Shown: one piece after another, positions 27,178-36,406 of the stretch | Numbering within the stretch: the first letter of the stretch is position 1 | How the letters are laid out: the number at the start of each line of letters is the position of its first letter | IMG/VR virus record: IMGVR_UViG_3300047369_000650 | Location: 113,536-177,535 of that record | From: a virus | Strand: one strand, 5' to 3' | Length of the DNA stretch: 64,000 nt | Made by a program: the position numbers and the translations under genes | The notes under the pieces: generated by a model | What the model was told of the DNA's origin: nothing | Databases searched by the model: none | Seen by the model: the letters and a program-made list of their open reading frames with translations, nothing else

Positions 27178-29760
27178 TTGAATTCATTCTACACTTCTGT
27201 GAACCGTTATGGTAATTCTATTCTTTATCGTGGATATTCCCCTAATGGTTCGCCAATTAATCAACGTTATAAATTTAAACCAAAATTCTGGGTAGCATCT
27301 AAGGATCCAACAGAGATAAAATCCTTTGATGGTGGCAACATAAGCCCTATAGAATTTGAAAATATGCGTGAAGCTAAAGAGTTTCTTGAACAATATTCAG
27401 AAATGGATGGCGTAAAGATATATGGCACACGTAATTATATACATCAGTTTATTACAGATAAGTTTCCTGATGATATTAAATTTAATCCGAGTAGTATAAA
27501 TGTAGTAAACTTTGATATAGAGGTTGCCTCAGATGATGGGTTTCCAACTCCAGATGCTGCAGCATATCCAATTATATCTATTGCTCTTAAATCCAGTAAA
27601 TCTTCGATATATCAAGTGTGGGGTTTAGATGACTATGATCCATCTAAAACAGAAATCAATTTAGATGGTGGTCAGATACAGTATCATCAGTTTGACTCTG
27701 AACCAGCAATGATGGCTTCGTTTCTAACTTACTGGACTAAAAATTATCCTGATATTATTACTGGCTGGAATACTAGATTCTTTGATGTTCCTTATCTTGT
27801 TAATCGTATTAAAATTATTGGTACGGAAGAAGCCGCTAACAAGTTATCTCCATGGAAACTTGTTAATGAAAGAAATACTACAATCATGGGTCGACCTCAG
27901 GTTAACCATGAGATTGTTGGTATTCAACAAGCAGATTATCTTGAACTATTTAAAAAGTTTGGATATTCATATGGAACACAAGAATCATATAAACTAGATC
28001 ATGTGGCCCATACTGTTCTTGGAGAAAAGAAACTTTCCTATGAAGAACATGGTAATCTCTATACATTATACAAACAAGATCATCAGAAGTTTATTGACTA
28101 TAATATCAGAGATGTTCAGCTAATTGATAAGATGGATGCTAAGATGGGTCTTATTAACTTAGCAATGACTATGGCATATAGAGCAGGTACTAATCTTTCC
28201 GAGACATTTGGTACAACATCTATCTGGGAATCAATTCTCTATCGTAGATTACTCTCAAAGAATATTGTGTCACCAGTAGAGCAGATTCAGAGAGTTGCTT
28301 ATGAAAATAATTCTAATCCAAATATTATCGAGGGTGGCTATGTAAAAGATCCTCAAGTTGGTGCACACGACTGGGTAGTATCATTTGATTTAAATTCTCT
28401 GTATCCAAATATTATTGTTCAGTCTAACATATCTCCAGAGACTATTATTCGTAACAAAACATGGAGAACATTTCAGCAAGGTGTTGATCACTATTTAAAC
28501 GGAACAGATAAAGCTGATAGTGAATATTCTATCTGCGCAAGTGGAGTGCCTTTCTCGAGAGAAAAGCAAGGGGTAATTCCAGAACTCATTGTTGATTACT
28601 ATTCAGAAAGAAGTGTTATCAAGAAAAAGATGTTGGATGCTAAGTCACAATATGAAAAGACAAAATCATCATATCTTGAAGCAGAAATCAATCAGCTAGA
28701 AAATAACCAGATGTCAATTAAGATTTTACTTAATTCTCTTTATGGTGCTCTTGCAAATAAACATTTTAAATACTTTGATAATGCCCTAGCCGAGAGTGTA
28801 ACACTTACTGGTCAGCTTTCTATTAAATGGGCAGAGCGTGCTATTAATCAAGAGATGAATAAAATTCTTAAGACTGATGATTTTGATTATGTTATTGCTA
28901 TTGATACAGATTCAGTTTATATTAATTTCGGTCCTCTTGTAACCAAATTAAAACCAAAAGATCCTGTAAAGGCTATTGACAAACTATGTCAAGATCATTT
29001 TGAAAAGATTATTGCTAAAGCATATGATGGTTTATATCATAGGCTTAATGGCTATACTCCACGCATGGAAATGGGTAGAGAAGTTATTGCTGATCGTGGT
29101 ATATGGACTGCAAAAAAACGCTATATACTTAACGTACACAATAACGAAGGTGTTCAATATGCAGAACCTAAACTAAAAATGATGGGTATCGAGGCTATTA
29201 AATCATCAACTCCTGAAGTAGTCCGAGATAAGTTTAAAGAAATATTTAAGGTTATTATTACTAGTACTGAAGCAGAAACTCGTAGATATATTAATGACTT
29301 TAAAGCAAAATTTAAATCTCTACCACCTGAAGCTGTTGCATTTCCACGTGGAGTTTCTGATATTAGTAAGTTTTCACATAAGAAGAATATCTATTGTAAT
29401 TCTAATAATTCTAAACAATGGTCATCGGGTAGTCAGACAGCAACAATAAAAACAACGCCTATTCATGTTCGTGGTGCTCTTTTGTATAATCATCATGTTA
29501 AAGATAAGGCGCTAGATAAGAAGTACATTATGATACAAAACGGAGAAAAGATTAAATTTACATATATGAAGCTTCCGAATCCTATTCGTGAAAATGTAAT
29601 TTCTTTTCCGGATTACTTACCCGAAGAATTAAATCTGCATAAATATGTAGACTATGAGATGCAATTTGAAAAAACTTTTATTGAACCGCTTAATCCTATT
29701 CTTGAAGCCGTTGGTTGGTCTGTCAAGGATGTGCAAACACTGGAGGACTTTTTTGGATGA
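27178..29760 (+). CDS. gp43: DNA polymerase gp43 (family B)
   Basis: TTG start after GGAGG; FDIEV, GWNTRFFD, SFDLNSLYP, KILLNSLYGA, DTDS, KKRY; uninterrupted 860 aa. Confidence 0.97.
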   Translation: MNSFYTSVNRYGNSILYRGYSPNGSPINQRYKFKPKFWVASKDPTEIKSFDGGNISPIEFENMREAKEFLEQYSEMDGVKIYGTRNYIHQFITDKFPDDIKFNPSSINVVNFDIEVASDDGFPTPDAAAYPIISIALKSSKSSIYQVWGLDDYDPSKTEINLDGGQIQYHQFDSEPAMMASFLTYWTKNYPDIITGWNTRFFDVPYLVNRIKIIGTEEAANKLSPWKLVNERNTTIMGRPQVNHEIVGIQQADYLELFKKFGYSYGTQESYKLDHVAHTVLGEKKLSYEEHGNLYTLYKQDHQKFIDYNIRDVQLIDKMDAKMGLINLAMTMAYRAGTNLSETFGTTSIWESILYRRLLSKNIVSPVEQIQRVAYENNSNPNIIEGGYVKDPQVGAHDWVVSFDLNSLYPNIIVQSNISPETIIRNKTWRTFQQGVDHYLNGTDKADSEYSICASGVPFSREKQGVIPELIVDYYSERSVIKKKMLDAKSQYEKTKSSYLEAEINQLENNQMSIKILLNSLYGALANKHFKYFDNALAESVTLTGQLSIKWAERAINQEMNKILKTDDFDYVIAIDTDSVYINFGPLVTKLKPKDPVKAIDKLCQDHFEKIIAKAYDGLYHRLNGYTPRMEMGREVIADRGIWTAKKRYILNVHNNEGVQYAEPKLKMMGIEAIKSSTPEVVRDKFKEIFKVIITSTEAETRRYINDFKAKFKSLPPEAVAFPRGVSDISKFSHKKNIYCNSNNSKQWSSGSQTATIKTTPIHVRGALLYNHHVKDKALDKKYIMIQNGEKIKFTYMKLPNPIRENVISFPDYLPEELNLHKYVDYEMQFEKTFIEPLNPILEAVGWSVKDVQTLEDFFG

Positions 29761-30467
29761 ATTATATATTTGACGTAGACGGTACTTTAACACCAAGCCG
29801 TATGCGGATAGATAAAGAATTTAAGGAATTCTTTTTAGAATTTATAAAGAAAAATAATGTTTATCTTGCTACAGGATCAGATTATATAAAAACAGTAGAA
29901 CAACTTGGAACAGAAATCTGTGAGAGTGTTACTAAGTGTTATAACTGTTGTGGTAACAGCGTTTGGCAAAACGGAGAAGAAATATTTAGATCCGATTGGA
30001 CGCTGTCGCACGAATTAGATAAATGGTTAAAAAAAGAACTAAAGAAAAGTAAATTTGATATAAGAACTGGTAATCATATTGAGCAAAGACCCGGCTTGGT
30101 AAATTTTAGCATTGTCGGTAGAAATGCCTCCTTTGAAGAAAGATTTATCTACACTCAATGGGATGAACAGGTAGAAGAAAGAAAAACAATTGCTAGAGAA
30201 TTTAATCAACAGTTTGCATATTACAAAGCTCAAGTAGCAGGTGAGACAGGTCTTGATATTATGCCTATAGGATATGATAAAAGACAAATTGCCGATGATA
30301 TTGAAGGTCCAATAATATTCTTTGGTGATAAAATGGCTCATGGTGGTAACGATTATCCATTAGCTGAAGTAATACAGTATAGAGAAAATTCTTGGAATTA
30401 TGAAGTAAAGTCTTGGAAAGACACCCATAAAATATTAATTAGTTTATCATATAATGGTTTACAATAA
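29757..30467 (+). CDS. HAD-IIB phosphomannomutase-like enzyme
   Basis: FDVDGTLT, ATGSD, IEQRPGLVNFSIVGRNAS.EER, FFGDKMAHGGNDYP. Confidence 0.8.
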   Translation: MNYIFDVDGTLTPSRMRIDKEFKEFFLEFIKKNNVYLATGSDYIKTVEQLGTEICESVTKCYNCCGNSVWQNGEEIFRSDWTLSHELDKWLKKELKKSKFDIRTGNHIEQRPGLVNFSIVGRNASFEERFIYTQWDEQVEERKTIAREFNQQFAYYKAQVAGETGLDIMPIGYDKRQIADDIEGPIIFFGDKMAHGGNDYPLAEVIQYRENSWNYEVKSWKDTHKILISLSYNGLQ

Positions 30468-30486
30468 GTAAAATATAGTGTATAAT
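30458..30486 (+). promoter_or_regulatory. Sigma70-type promoter
   Basis: TTTACA-N17-TATAAT. Confidence 0.75.
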
Positions 30487-30507
30487 AATACTATAGAGGA
30501 GAAAAAA

Positions 30508-30867
30508 ATGAAAGCTGGTAAAGTATGGGGAACAACTGAACTGATTGAAGCTAATGGCGCTTTAGAATTTCATCGTATTGAAATGGAAGAAGGTGGTGTA
30601 TGCTCTAAGCACTTACATCGCTATAAGTGGAATGGTTTTTATGTAGAATCTGGAAAGATGCTTATTCGTACATGGCAACGTGATTACGATTTAGTTGATG
30701 TTACTATTCTTGATGAAGGCGATTATCATAAAGTTAAACCTGGTCTTTATCATCAATTTGAGTGTCTTCAAGAAGGTGTGGCTTACGAGCTATATTGGGC
30801 AGAGTTTAATCATAATGATATTGAACGTGAAAGTGTAGGATATCATATGGATGATGTAGATGACTGA
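30508..30867 (+). CDS. Cupin-domain protein (sugar isomerase-like)
   Basis: KVWGTTE, CSKHLH..KWNGFYVESG, VKPGLYHQF; ATG after GAGGAG. Confidence 0.75.
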   Translation: MKAGKVWGTTELIEANGALEFHRIEMEEGGVCSKHLHRYKWNGFYVESGKMLIRTWQRDYDLVDVTILDEGDYHKVKPGLYHQFECLQEGVAYELYWAEFNHNDIERESVGYHMDDVDD

Positions 30868-31024
30868 TTCTTTTTCTGATGTAACAAGAGTAGAAGTTAT
30901 TGATAATAATGGTCGATCATATACTAAAAATTGGGTAGATAGTGTAGAAATACAACTTCAAGATGACGGAAAAACTCTTAAATTATTTGTACACTATGAT
31001 GATGAGGAGATATCAGATGACTGA
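30860..31024 (+). CDS. Hypothetical protein (54 aa)
   Basis: MTDSFSDVTRVEVIDNNGRSYTKNWVDSVEIQLQDDGKTLKLFV...; overlaps both neighbours. Confidence 0.6.
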   Translation: MTDSFSDVTRVEVIDNNGRSYTKNWVDSVEIQLQDDGKTLKLFVHYDDEEISDD

Positions 31025-31304
31025 GTATGTAGTATTAACAGCAATTCAACAATTTAGAACACGTTATGTGGTTCCAGTAGAAGATATGGAAGACTGTGAT
31101 CCTGAAACATTTATTAAAGATTCTGTTACTTTTGGCGAAGTAAAAGAGTTTAGCCAATTAGATTTAAAAGAAAATATAATCGATGTTCAAATATATGATG
31201 AGAATAATCTTTTAGATTTATTCGACAAAGATAATGATTATCTTTCTGGATGGACTAAAGAACAAAAAATAAAATGGATTAGAAATTGGGAAGAAGGTCT
31301 ATGA
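31017..31304 (+). CDS. Hypothetical protein
   Basis: GAGGAG RBS before ATG 31017; acidic 95 aa. Confidence 0.65.
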   Translation: MTEYVVLTAIQQFRTRYVVPVEDMEDCDPETFIKDSVTFGEVKEFSQLDLKENIIDVQIYDENNLLDLFDKDNDYLSGWTKEQKIKWIRNWEEGL

Positions 31305-31714
31305 GAGTAGGATTAACTGCTAGCACATTTGATTTATTGCATGCAGGTCACATAATGATGTTAAGAGAAGCTAAGTCACAATGTGATTGGCTTATTGCTG
31401 CTTTACAAGTAGATCCTAGCTATGATCGAAAAGAAAAAAATTCTCCTATTCAAACTATTGTTGAGAGACAAGCACAGCTTGAAGCAGTAAAATATGTTGA
31501 TGAAGTTATTATATATTGTACAGAGGCAGATCTACTTGATATAATTAATATGTATCCAATTAATGTTAGAATACTAGGTGAAGAATATAGAACACAAAAT
31601 TTTACAGGTAAAGATGAATGCCGTAATAGAGGCATTGACTTGTATTTTAATAAGCGTGATCATAGATTTAGTTCAAGTGGATTAAGAAATCGTGTTTGTG
31701 ACAATCATAAATAA
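31301..31714 (+). CDS. Cytidylyltransferase (TagD/RfaE-like)
   Basis: TASTFDLLHAGH (HxGH), ER..QLEAVKYVDEV, LGEEY, FSSSGLR. Confidence 0.88.
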   Translation: MRVGLTASTFDLLHAGHIMMLREAKSQCDWLIAALQVDPSYDRKEKNSPIQTIVERQAQLEAVKYVDEVIIYCTEADLLDIINMYPINVRILGEEYRTQNFTGKDECRNRGIDLYFNKRDHRFSSSGLRNRVCDNHK

Positions 31715-31717
31715 TAC

Positions 31718-31746
31718 TTTACAAATTGATCAAAATAGGATATAAT
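31718..31746 (+). promoter_or_regulatory. Sigma70-type promoter
   Basis: TTTACA-N17-TATAAT. Confidence 0.75.
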
Positions 31747-31752
31747 ATAAAA

Positions 31753-32046
31753 ATGATTTATGAAGAAAAAATTATTCAGTGGCACTATGATAGAAATCTT
31801 ATTGAAGGTTCTACAGATAAAGATCAGTATATGAAACTTATTCAAGAAATGGGTGAACTATCAGATAATATCTGTAAGGGTAAAGATATTAGAGATGACT
31901 GCGGAGATATTATGGTTGTTCTTATTAATATCATGGAAAGAAATAATATCAGTCTTGAAGAATGTCTTGAAGTAGCCTATAACGATATTAAGGACCGTAA
32001 AGGTAAGATGGTAGATGGTGTCTTCGTAAAAGAAGGTGATAGTTAA
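31753..32046 (+). CDS. MazG-like NTP pyrophosphohydrolase
   Basis: KLIQEMGEL...IRDDCGDIMVVL...AYNDIKDRKG all-alpha NTP-PPase pattern. Confidence 0.82.
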   Translation: MIYEEKIIQWHYDRNLIEGSTDKDQYMKLIQEMGELSDNICKGKDIRDDCGDIMVVLINIMERNNISLEECLEVAYNDIKDRKGKMVDGVFVKEGDS

Positions 32047-32981
32047 TGCAACCAAAATATCCAATTTATATTATCTCTAAGGGTAGAGCCGACTCACGGC
32101 TTACCTCTAAAACTCTTGATGAGATTAGAGTACCATATAAAATTGTTATTGAAGAAAGTGAGTTTGATGATTATAATAAAGGCATTTCAGCCGATAAGAT
32201 TCTAACTCTACCGCCCGGATTTAGAGAAAATCCAAAGTATGCAATTCCAGATAATAAAGGTAGAATCGGCGGTTCTATTCCAGCACGCAACTTTGTCTGG
32301 GATCATTCTATTAAAGAAGGTCATGAGCGTCATTGGATTATGGATGATAATATCAAACATTTCTATAGACTGCATAAAAACCAAAAGACTAAAGTGACAT
32401 CTGGTACAGTAATTAGATTGTGTGAAGACTTTACAGATCGCTATAAAAATGTTAAAATGTCTGGTATGAACTATCAGTATTTTGCTCCAGCTTCTCAGAA
32501 GAAAAGACCATACACACTTAATACTAGAATTTATTCCTGTATTTTATTATCTAATGATATTAAACATAGATGGCGTGGTAAATATAATGAAGATACCGAT
32601 CTGAGTTTAAATATTCTAAAAGATGATTGGTGTACAATTCTATTTAATGCCTTCTTGTGTGGTAAGATTACAACTCTTGTTATGGGTGGTGGTAATACAG
32701 ATAATGTGTATGTGGATGGAGATAATCGTTTACAATTTGCACAAGCACTTGTAGAACAACATCCAGACTTGGTTAAAGTTGTTCAAAGATATAATAGATG
32801 GCATCACCACGTTGATTATAGCCCATTTAAAAAGAATAAACTTATTTATCGTGATGACTATGTAATTAAAAGTGGTACTAATGAGTATGGTATGAAATTA
32901 CATGCATTAACTATGGATCAATATAAAAAAGCAACAACAGAATTTGGAAATGCGGAGAACCCTTATTATGAGCAAACCTAA
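32046..32981 (+). CDS. GT-A glycosyltransferase (GREB1/TAGT-like)
   Basis: IYIISKGRA, RNFVWDHS, HWIMDDNI, YSCILL, NEDTDLSL, GGNT. Confidence 0.7.
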   Translation: MQPKYPIYIISKGRADSRLTSKTLDEIRVPYKIVIEESEFDDYNKGISADKILTLPPGFRENPKYAIPDNKGRIGGSIPARNFVWDHSIKEGHERHWIMDDNIKHFYRLHKNQKTKVTSGTVIRLCEDFTDRYKNVKMSGMNYQYFAPASQKKRPYTLNTRIYSCILLSNDIKHRWRGKYNEDTDLSLNILKDDWCTILFNAFLCGKITTLVMGGGNTDNVYVDGDNRLQFAQALVEQHPDLVKVVQRYNRWHHHVDYSPFKKNKLIYRDDYVIKSGTNEYGMKLHALTMDQYKKATTEFGNAENPYYEQT

Positions 32982-33249
32982 AGGCGCTAACTTATTTGTA
33001 TTAGATGGACAAGAAGATGATCTTGACCCTATGGGCTGGGATGACATGCCAGAATTTGAACAAGAAAATCGTGAAGATTATGCTGCTATTGTGATGCGAT
33101 TTAGAACAGAAGAAGATTTAAAAGAATTTGCACAAAAGATTGGTCAACCAAATCTTACTAGAAAATCACGTGGTACATTCTACCCTGCTGTTGATTTTAA
33201 TGAAGCTAATCTTCTACGTTGGATGGATGAAGATCAAATACAGAGTTAA
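32968..33249 (+). CDS. Small acidic protein coupled to the glycosyltransferase
   Basis: WDDMPEFEQE...IVMRFRTEEDLKEFAQKIGQ; overlaps the GT stop. Confidence 0.65.
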   Translation: MSKPKGANLFVLDGQEDDLDPMGWDDMPEFEQENREDYAAIVMRFRTEEDLKEFAQKIGQPNLTRKSRGTFYPAVDFNEANLLRWMDEDQIQS

Positions 33250-33251
33250 TT

Positions 33252-34190
33252 ATGGAAGTTTCTGCAACATTCTTTAAATCTATATATGATAATAAAACTC
33301 ATAAGAACATGAGTTTTTCTGGCTTTCCTCAGTTTGAGGAATTTCTATATAAACTATCTGAAAGAAAATTAGAAGATAAAAAAGCTGCTCAGCTCATATC
33401 ACCAGCAACTTATATTAAAGATACTACAAGAGCAAATAAAAATGTAGTTGACTGGGCTGGATGGGCAGCTATGGATGTAGATGACCATGAGTTTAAAGGA
33501 GATTTAAAAGATGATCTTATTCGTATCTATGGTAAGTACTATTTTGTTTGCTATAGTACTGCTAGCAGCAGAGAAAGTTTACCAAAGTTTCGTTTGGTCT
33601 TCCCACTTACAGAAAGAGTTAGAGGAGATAATATCAGACATTTTTGGTACGCACTCAACACAGAACTCCAAGCAATCGGCGATGCGCAAACTAAGGATCT
33701 ATCACGAATGTATTATATCCCTGGTTCGTACTCTGGCGCTTTCAACTTTATTTTTACTAATACTGGCGGTAGTTATATAAACCCTCGAGAGTTAATGGCG
33801 AGTCATTCATATCAAGAAAAAAAGACCGGTACGTTCTTAGATAGATTACCAACAGAGATGCAAAAATCTATCATAGAATATCGTAAGAATAAAATGGAGA
33901 ATACTGGTGTTAGTTGGTCTAACTATGAAGATTGTCCATTCGTAAATAAAAATCTTATCAGAGATTTTAAGAATATAGCATATGTTGATAATACTGGAAG
34001 ATATGCTATGGTTTATAAGATTATGGTTTCAATAGCAAGTAGTGCAATTAAAAAAGAATATCCTATAAACACATTTGAGATTGTAGAACTAATTAAGCAA
34101 CTAGATGCCGATACAGCTAAGAGATATGAGAATAGACCTCTTAATGTAGAAGCGGATCGTGCTATAGAATATGCATACAGAAATATTTAA
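33252..34190 (+). CDS. AEP-superfamily primase/primase-polymerase-like protein
   Basis: AMDVDD, YSTASS...PKFRLVFPL and D.QTKDLSRMYY motifs; helical C-terminal domain. Confidence 0.7.
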   Translation: MEVSATFFKSIYDNKTHKNMSFSGFPQFEEFLYKLSERKLEDKKAAQLISPATYIKDTTRANKNVVDWAGWAAMDVDDHEFKGDLKDDLIRIYGKYYFVCYSTASSRESLPKFRLVFPLTERVRGDNIRHFWYALNTELQAIGDAQTKDLSRMYYIPGSYSGAFNFIFTNTGGSYINPRELMASHSYQEKKTGTFLDRLPTEMQKSIIEYRKNKMENTGVSWSNYEDCPFVNKNLIRDFKNIAYVDNTGRYAMVYKIMVSIASSAIKKEYPINTFEIVELIKQLDADTAKRYENRPLNVEADRAIEYAYRNI

Positions 34191-34266
34191 AAAAAATCAT
34201 TTTAGGGGTTTACAAGTGATATGTTTTATGTTATGTTGTAAGAGTAAATAGAATCGGAGACTTCTT
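34191..34266 (+). promoter_or_regulatory. Early promoter cassette copy B
   Basis: CATTTTAGGGGTTTACA-N17-TATGTT-GTAAGAGTAAATAGAATCGGAGA. Confidence 0.85.
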
Positions 34267-34548
34267 ATGGCTTACTATACTTACACAAAAGATCCTATCG
34301 GTTGTTTTGTTGAGAAAGATACCGGCAATTACTTTGAGTATTCACTTAACGATGAACCTATTTCAGGTTTTTCCGAAGACTTTCCCCATAAAGTTTGGGT
34401 AGGTGGCGGCGGTGTATGCGGCATGACGGGTTATAGATTTGCTCATGTTAAAAAGACTGTTGCTGTGATCGTTGTAGACGAAGACGAGTTTGGTCTTCCC
34501 GTTACTGAAAAGTGGTATGTTAAAAATCATAACCAATATGCACTTTAG
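34267..34548 (+). CDS. Hypothetical early protein
   Basis: 93 aa directly behind cassette B. Confidence 0.75.
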   Translation: MAYYTYTKDPIGCFVEKDTGNYFEYSLNDEPISGFSEDFPHKVWVGGGGVCGMTGYRFAHVKKTVAVIVVDEDEFGLPVTEKWYVKNHNQYAL

Positions 34549-34612
34549 GGATTTACAAACTCCTAAAAATATGGTATGTTGATTATATAAAGAGAATCCG
34601 AAAGGAACTAAA
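34538..34612 (+). promoter_or_regulatory. Early promoter cassette copy C (divergent)
   Basis: ATGCACTTTAGGGATTTACA-N17-TATGTT...AGAGAATCCGAAAGGA. Confidence 0.75.
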
Positions 34613-35122
34613 ATGTTTAACGTTGCTACAAATCTTACAAAAGTTGGAACTTACCTCGGATATTTTACAATTCAAGAGCATACAACAAACGTAAATAATA
34701 ATAAGCCTTCTCGTACTTATGAAAAGCTTGTATTTACAAAAGCCGATGGTATGGAGACTCGTGATTTTAAAGCTATGGGTGATATTGTATACGGTATGTA
34801 TGTTAACGGCAATCTTGTTAAGATTGGCAAAGCGGGTTCAACAAACGGTTGGGCTGGACGTATCGGTACCTACGGTGTTGATCCAAAAGGCGAAGCAACT
34901 AATCGTAAAATTATTACACATCTAAAAGAAGATTTTACATATGAAACACGTGTAGAAGTATATGGGATTTCAGTTCCTCGTATTCACTCAGAATATTTCT
35001 GCCCAGTAACGCGTGAAACAGTTTCTATTGAACTTCCACAGAACCATCAAGTAGAAACTCATTTAACTATTGAAGCAGAAGCAGAAGGCGAAGATCTGAT
35101 ATTCTGCACACAGAAAGTTTAA
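34613..35122 (+). CDS. GIY-YIG nuclease, T4 endonuclease II (DenA)-like
   Basis: DIVYGMYVNGNLVKIGKA...GRIGTY...TNRKI...VEVYG...VE parallels T4 DenA VIYAIAINDELVYIGKT..RINYY...VEFYA..EE. Confidence 0.6.
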   Translation: MFNVATNLTKVGTYLGYFTIQEHTTNVNNNKPSRTYEKLVFTKADGMETRDFKAMGDIVYGMYVNGNLVKIGKAGSTNGWAGRIGTYGVDPKGEATNRKIITHLKEDFTYETRVEVYGISVPRIHSEYFCPVTRETVSIELPQNHQVETHLTIEAEAEGEDLIFCTQKV

Positions 35123-35124
35123 TT

Positions 35125-35490
35125 ATGGCTAAAGTAGTATATGGTACAGATATATATGGAGATGATGTAAAGCTTTATGATTATAAAGATACACCTTCAT
35201 GCGAAATCTGTAATAATAAATTCAGAGGTGGCACCATTGATAAAAAAGGTAGTAGAAAAACCGATTTGCTTACCGATGTTGAAAAGGCTATTAGAAATAA
35301 ACAAAGACACAGCTATGGTCATTTGCGTAAAATTACAGTCGATAAAATCTTAATGGGTCACATGAAACAACCAAGACCATCTGGATTAAAACCTAATCAA
35401 GTCTTTGCGTGTGAATGTTGTTATAATGTACATATAAGTACGATAAGAATGTTAAAAGAAAAAGAATTAAATACATTACCGGGTCTTTAA
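35125..35490 (+). CDS. Hypothetical protein with two Cys pairs (possible Zn binding)
   Basis: CEIC and CECC motifs in 121 aa. Confidence 0.6.
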   Translation: MAKVVYGTDIYGDDVKLYDYKDTPSCEICNNKFRGGTIDKKGSRKTDLLTDVEKAIRNKQRHSYGHLRKITVDKILMGHMKQPRPSGLKPNQVFACECCYNVHISTIRMLKEKELNTLPGL

Positions 35491-35514
35491 TTCCTAAAAC
35501 AAATAAATGGTTAG

Positions 35515-36354
35515 GTGATGAGTAAAGAAAAATTTTATAATTTTTTTAATGATTTCTATAAAGAAGAAATTATTAACGTTGTAAAGTATCCAATATATAT
35601 TCCTTCTAAGGGAAGGCCTACCTGTGTCACAGCTAAAGTTTTAGAAGAAAGTGGGCTCAACTATTTAATTGTAGTTGAGCCTCAAGACTATGAACAATAC
35701 TCTATTTATCATAAACATGATAAGATGATCTGCTTAGAAAAAGACAATCAAGGAATACCATATGTAAGAAACTTTTGTAAAGAACATTCTGATGCAAAAT
35801 ATCATTGGCAGTTTGATGATAATATAAGATCGTTTAAAGTAAGAAAAGATGATAAGAACATAAAAGAGGATCCATCTAAACTAATATCCATAATAGAAAC
35901 TTTTACGAATCATTTTGAAAATATCGGCATATCTGGATTTTCTCATGATATTTTTGCTTGGACTAAAAAGTATCCTATAGATATAAACAAACAATGCTAT
36001 AGTGGTGTTCTTGTTAATAATAATATTAATATAAAATGGAGAGATAATGTCGTAGAGGATACAGATTATTCTTTACAAGTATTATCAAAAGAATATTGTA
36101 CATTGCTATTTAATACGCTGTTAATAGTTAAAGAAGCCACAAAAAAAGGTAACGGTGGTAATGATAATTCCGACAGTTGGCGACTAAATAGATCGTTAGG
36201 ATTACAAAATTATTGGCCAGAAGCAAACTTTAAAATAACTCGAGAGTACGGTAGGGTTAAGATAAAACCTTCTCAAATATGGAAAAAGTTTACTCATATG
36301 CCTAAAGGTTCTAATATAGATTTTAATGATAATGATTTATCCGAATTTTTTTAG
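35515..36354 (+). CDS. Second GT-A glycosyltransferase (GREB1/TAGT-like)
   Basis: IYIPSKGRP, GIPYVRNF, HWQFDDNI, EDTDYSL, GNGGN. Confidence 0.7.
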   Translation: MMSKEKFYNFFNDFYKEEIINVVKYPIYIPSKGRPTCVTAKVLEESGLNYLIVVEPQDYEQYSIYHKHDKMICLEKDNQGIPYVRNFCKEHSDAKYHWQFDDNIRSFKVRKDDKNIKEDPSKLISIIETFTNHFENIGISGFSHDIFAWTKKYPIDINKQCYSGVLVNNNINIKWRDNVVEDTDYSLQVLSKEYCTLLFNTLLIVKEATKKGNGGNDNSDSWRLNRSLGLQNYWPEANFKITREYGRVKIKPSQIWKKFTHMPKGSNIDFNDNDLSEFF

Positions 36355-36383
36355 TTTACAATACCTCTATAATAGTGTATAAT
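36355..36383 (+). promoter_or_regulatory. Sigma70-type promoter
   Basis: TTTACA-N17-TATAAT. Confidence 0.75.
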
Positions 36384-36406
36384 AGAGATATAAAGGAGAA
36401 TAAAAT

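Noticed and set aside
34613-35122. GIY-YIG ORF as a mobile homing endonuclease
   Set aside because: It is short, has no visible C-terminal DNA-binding repeats, is not in an intron, and resembles DenA more closely; not fully excluded.
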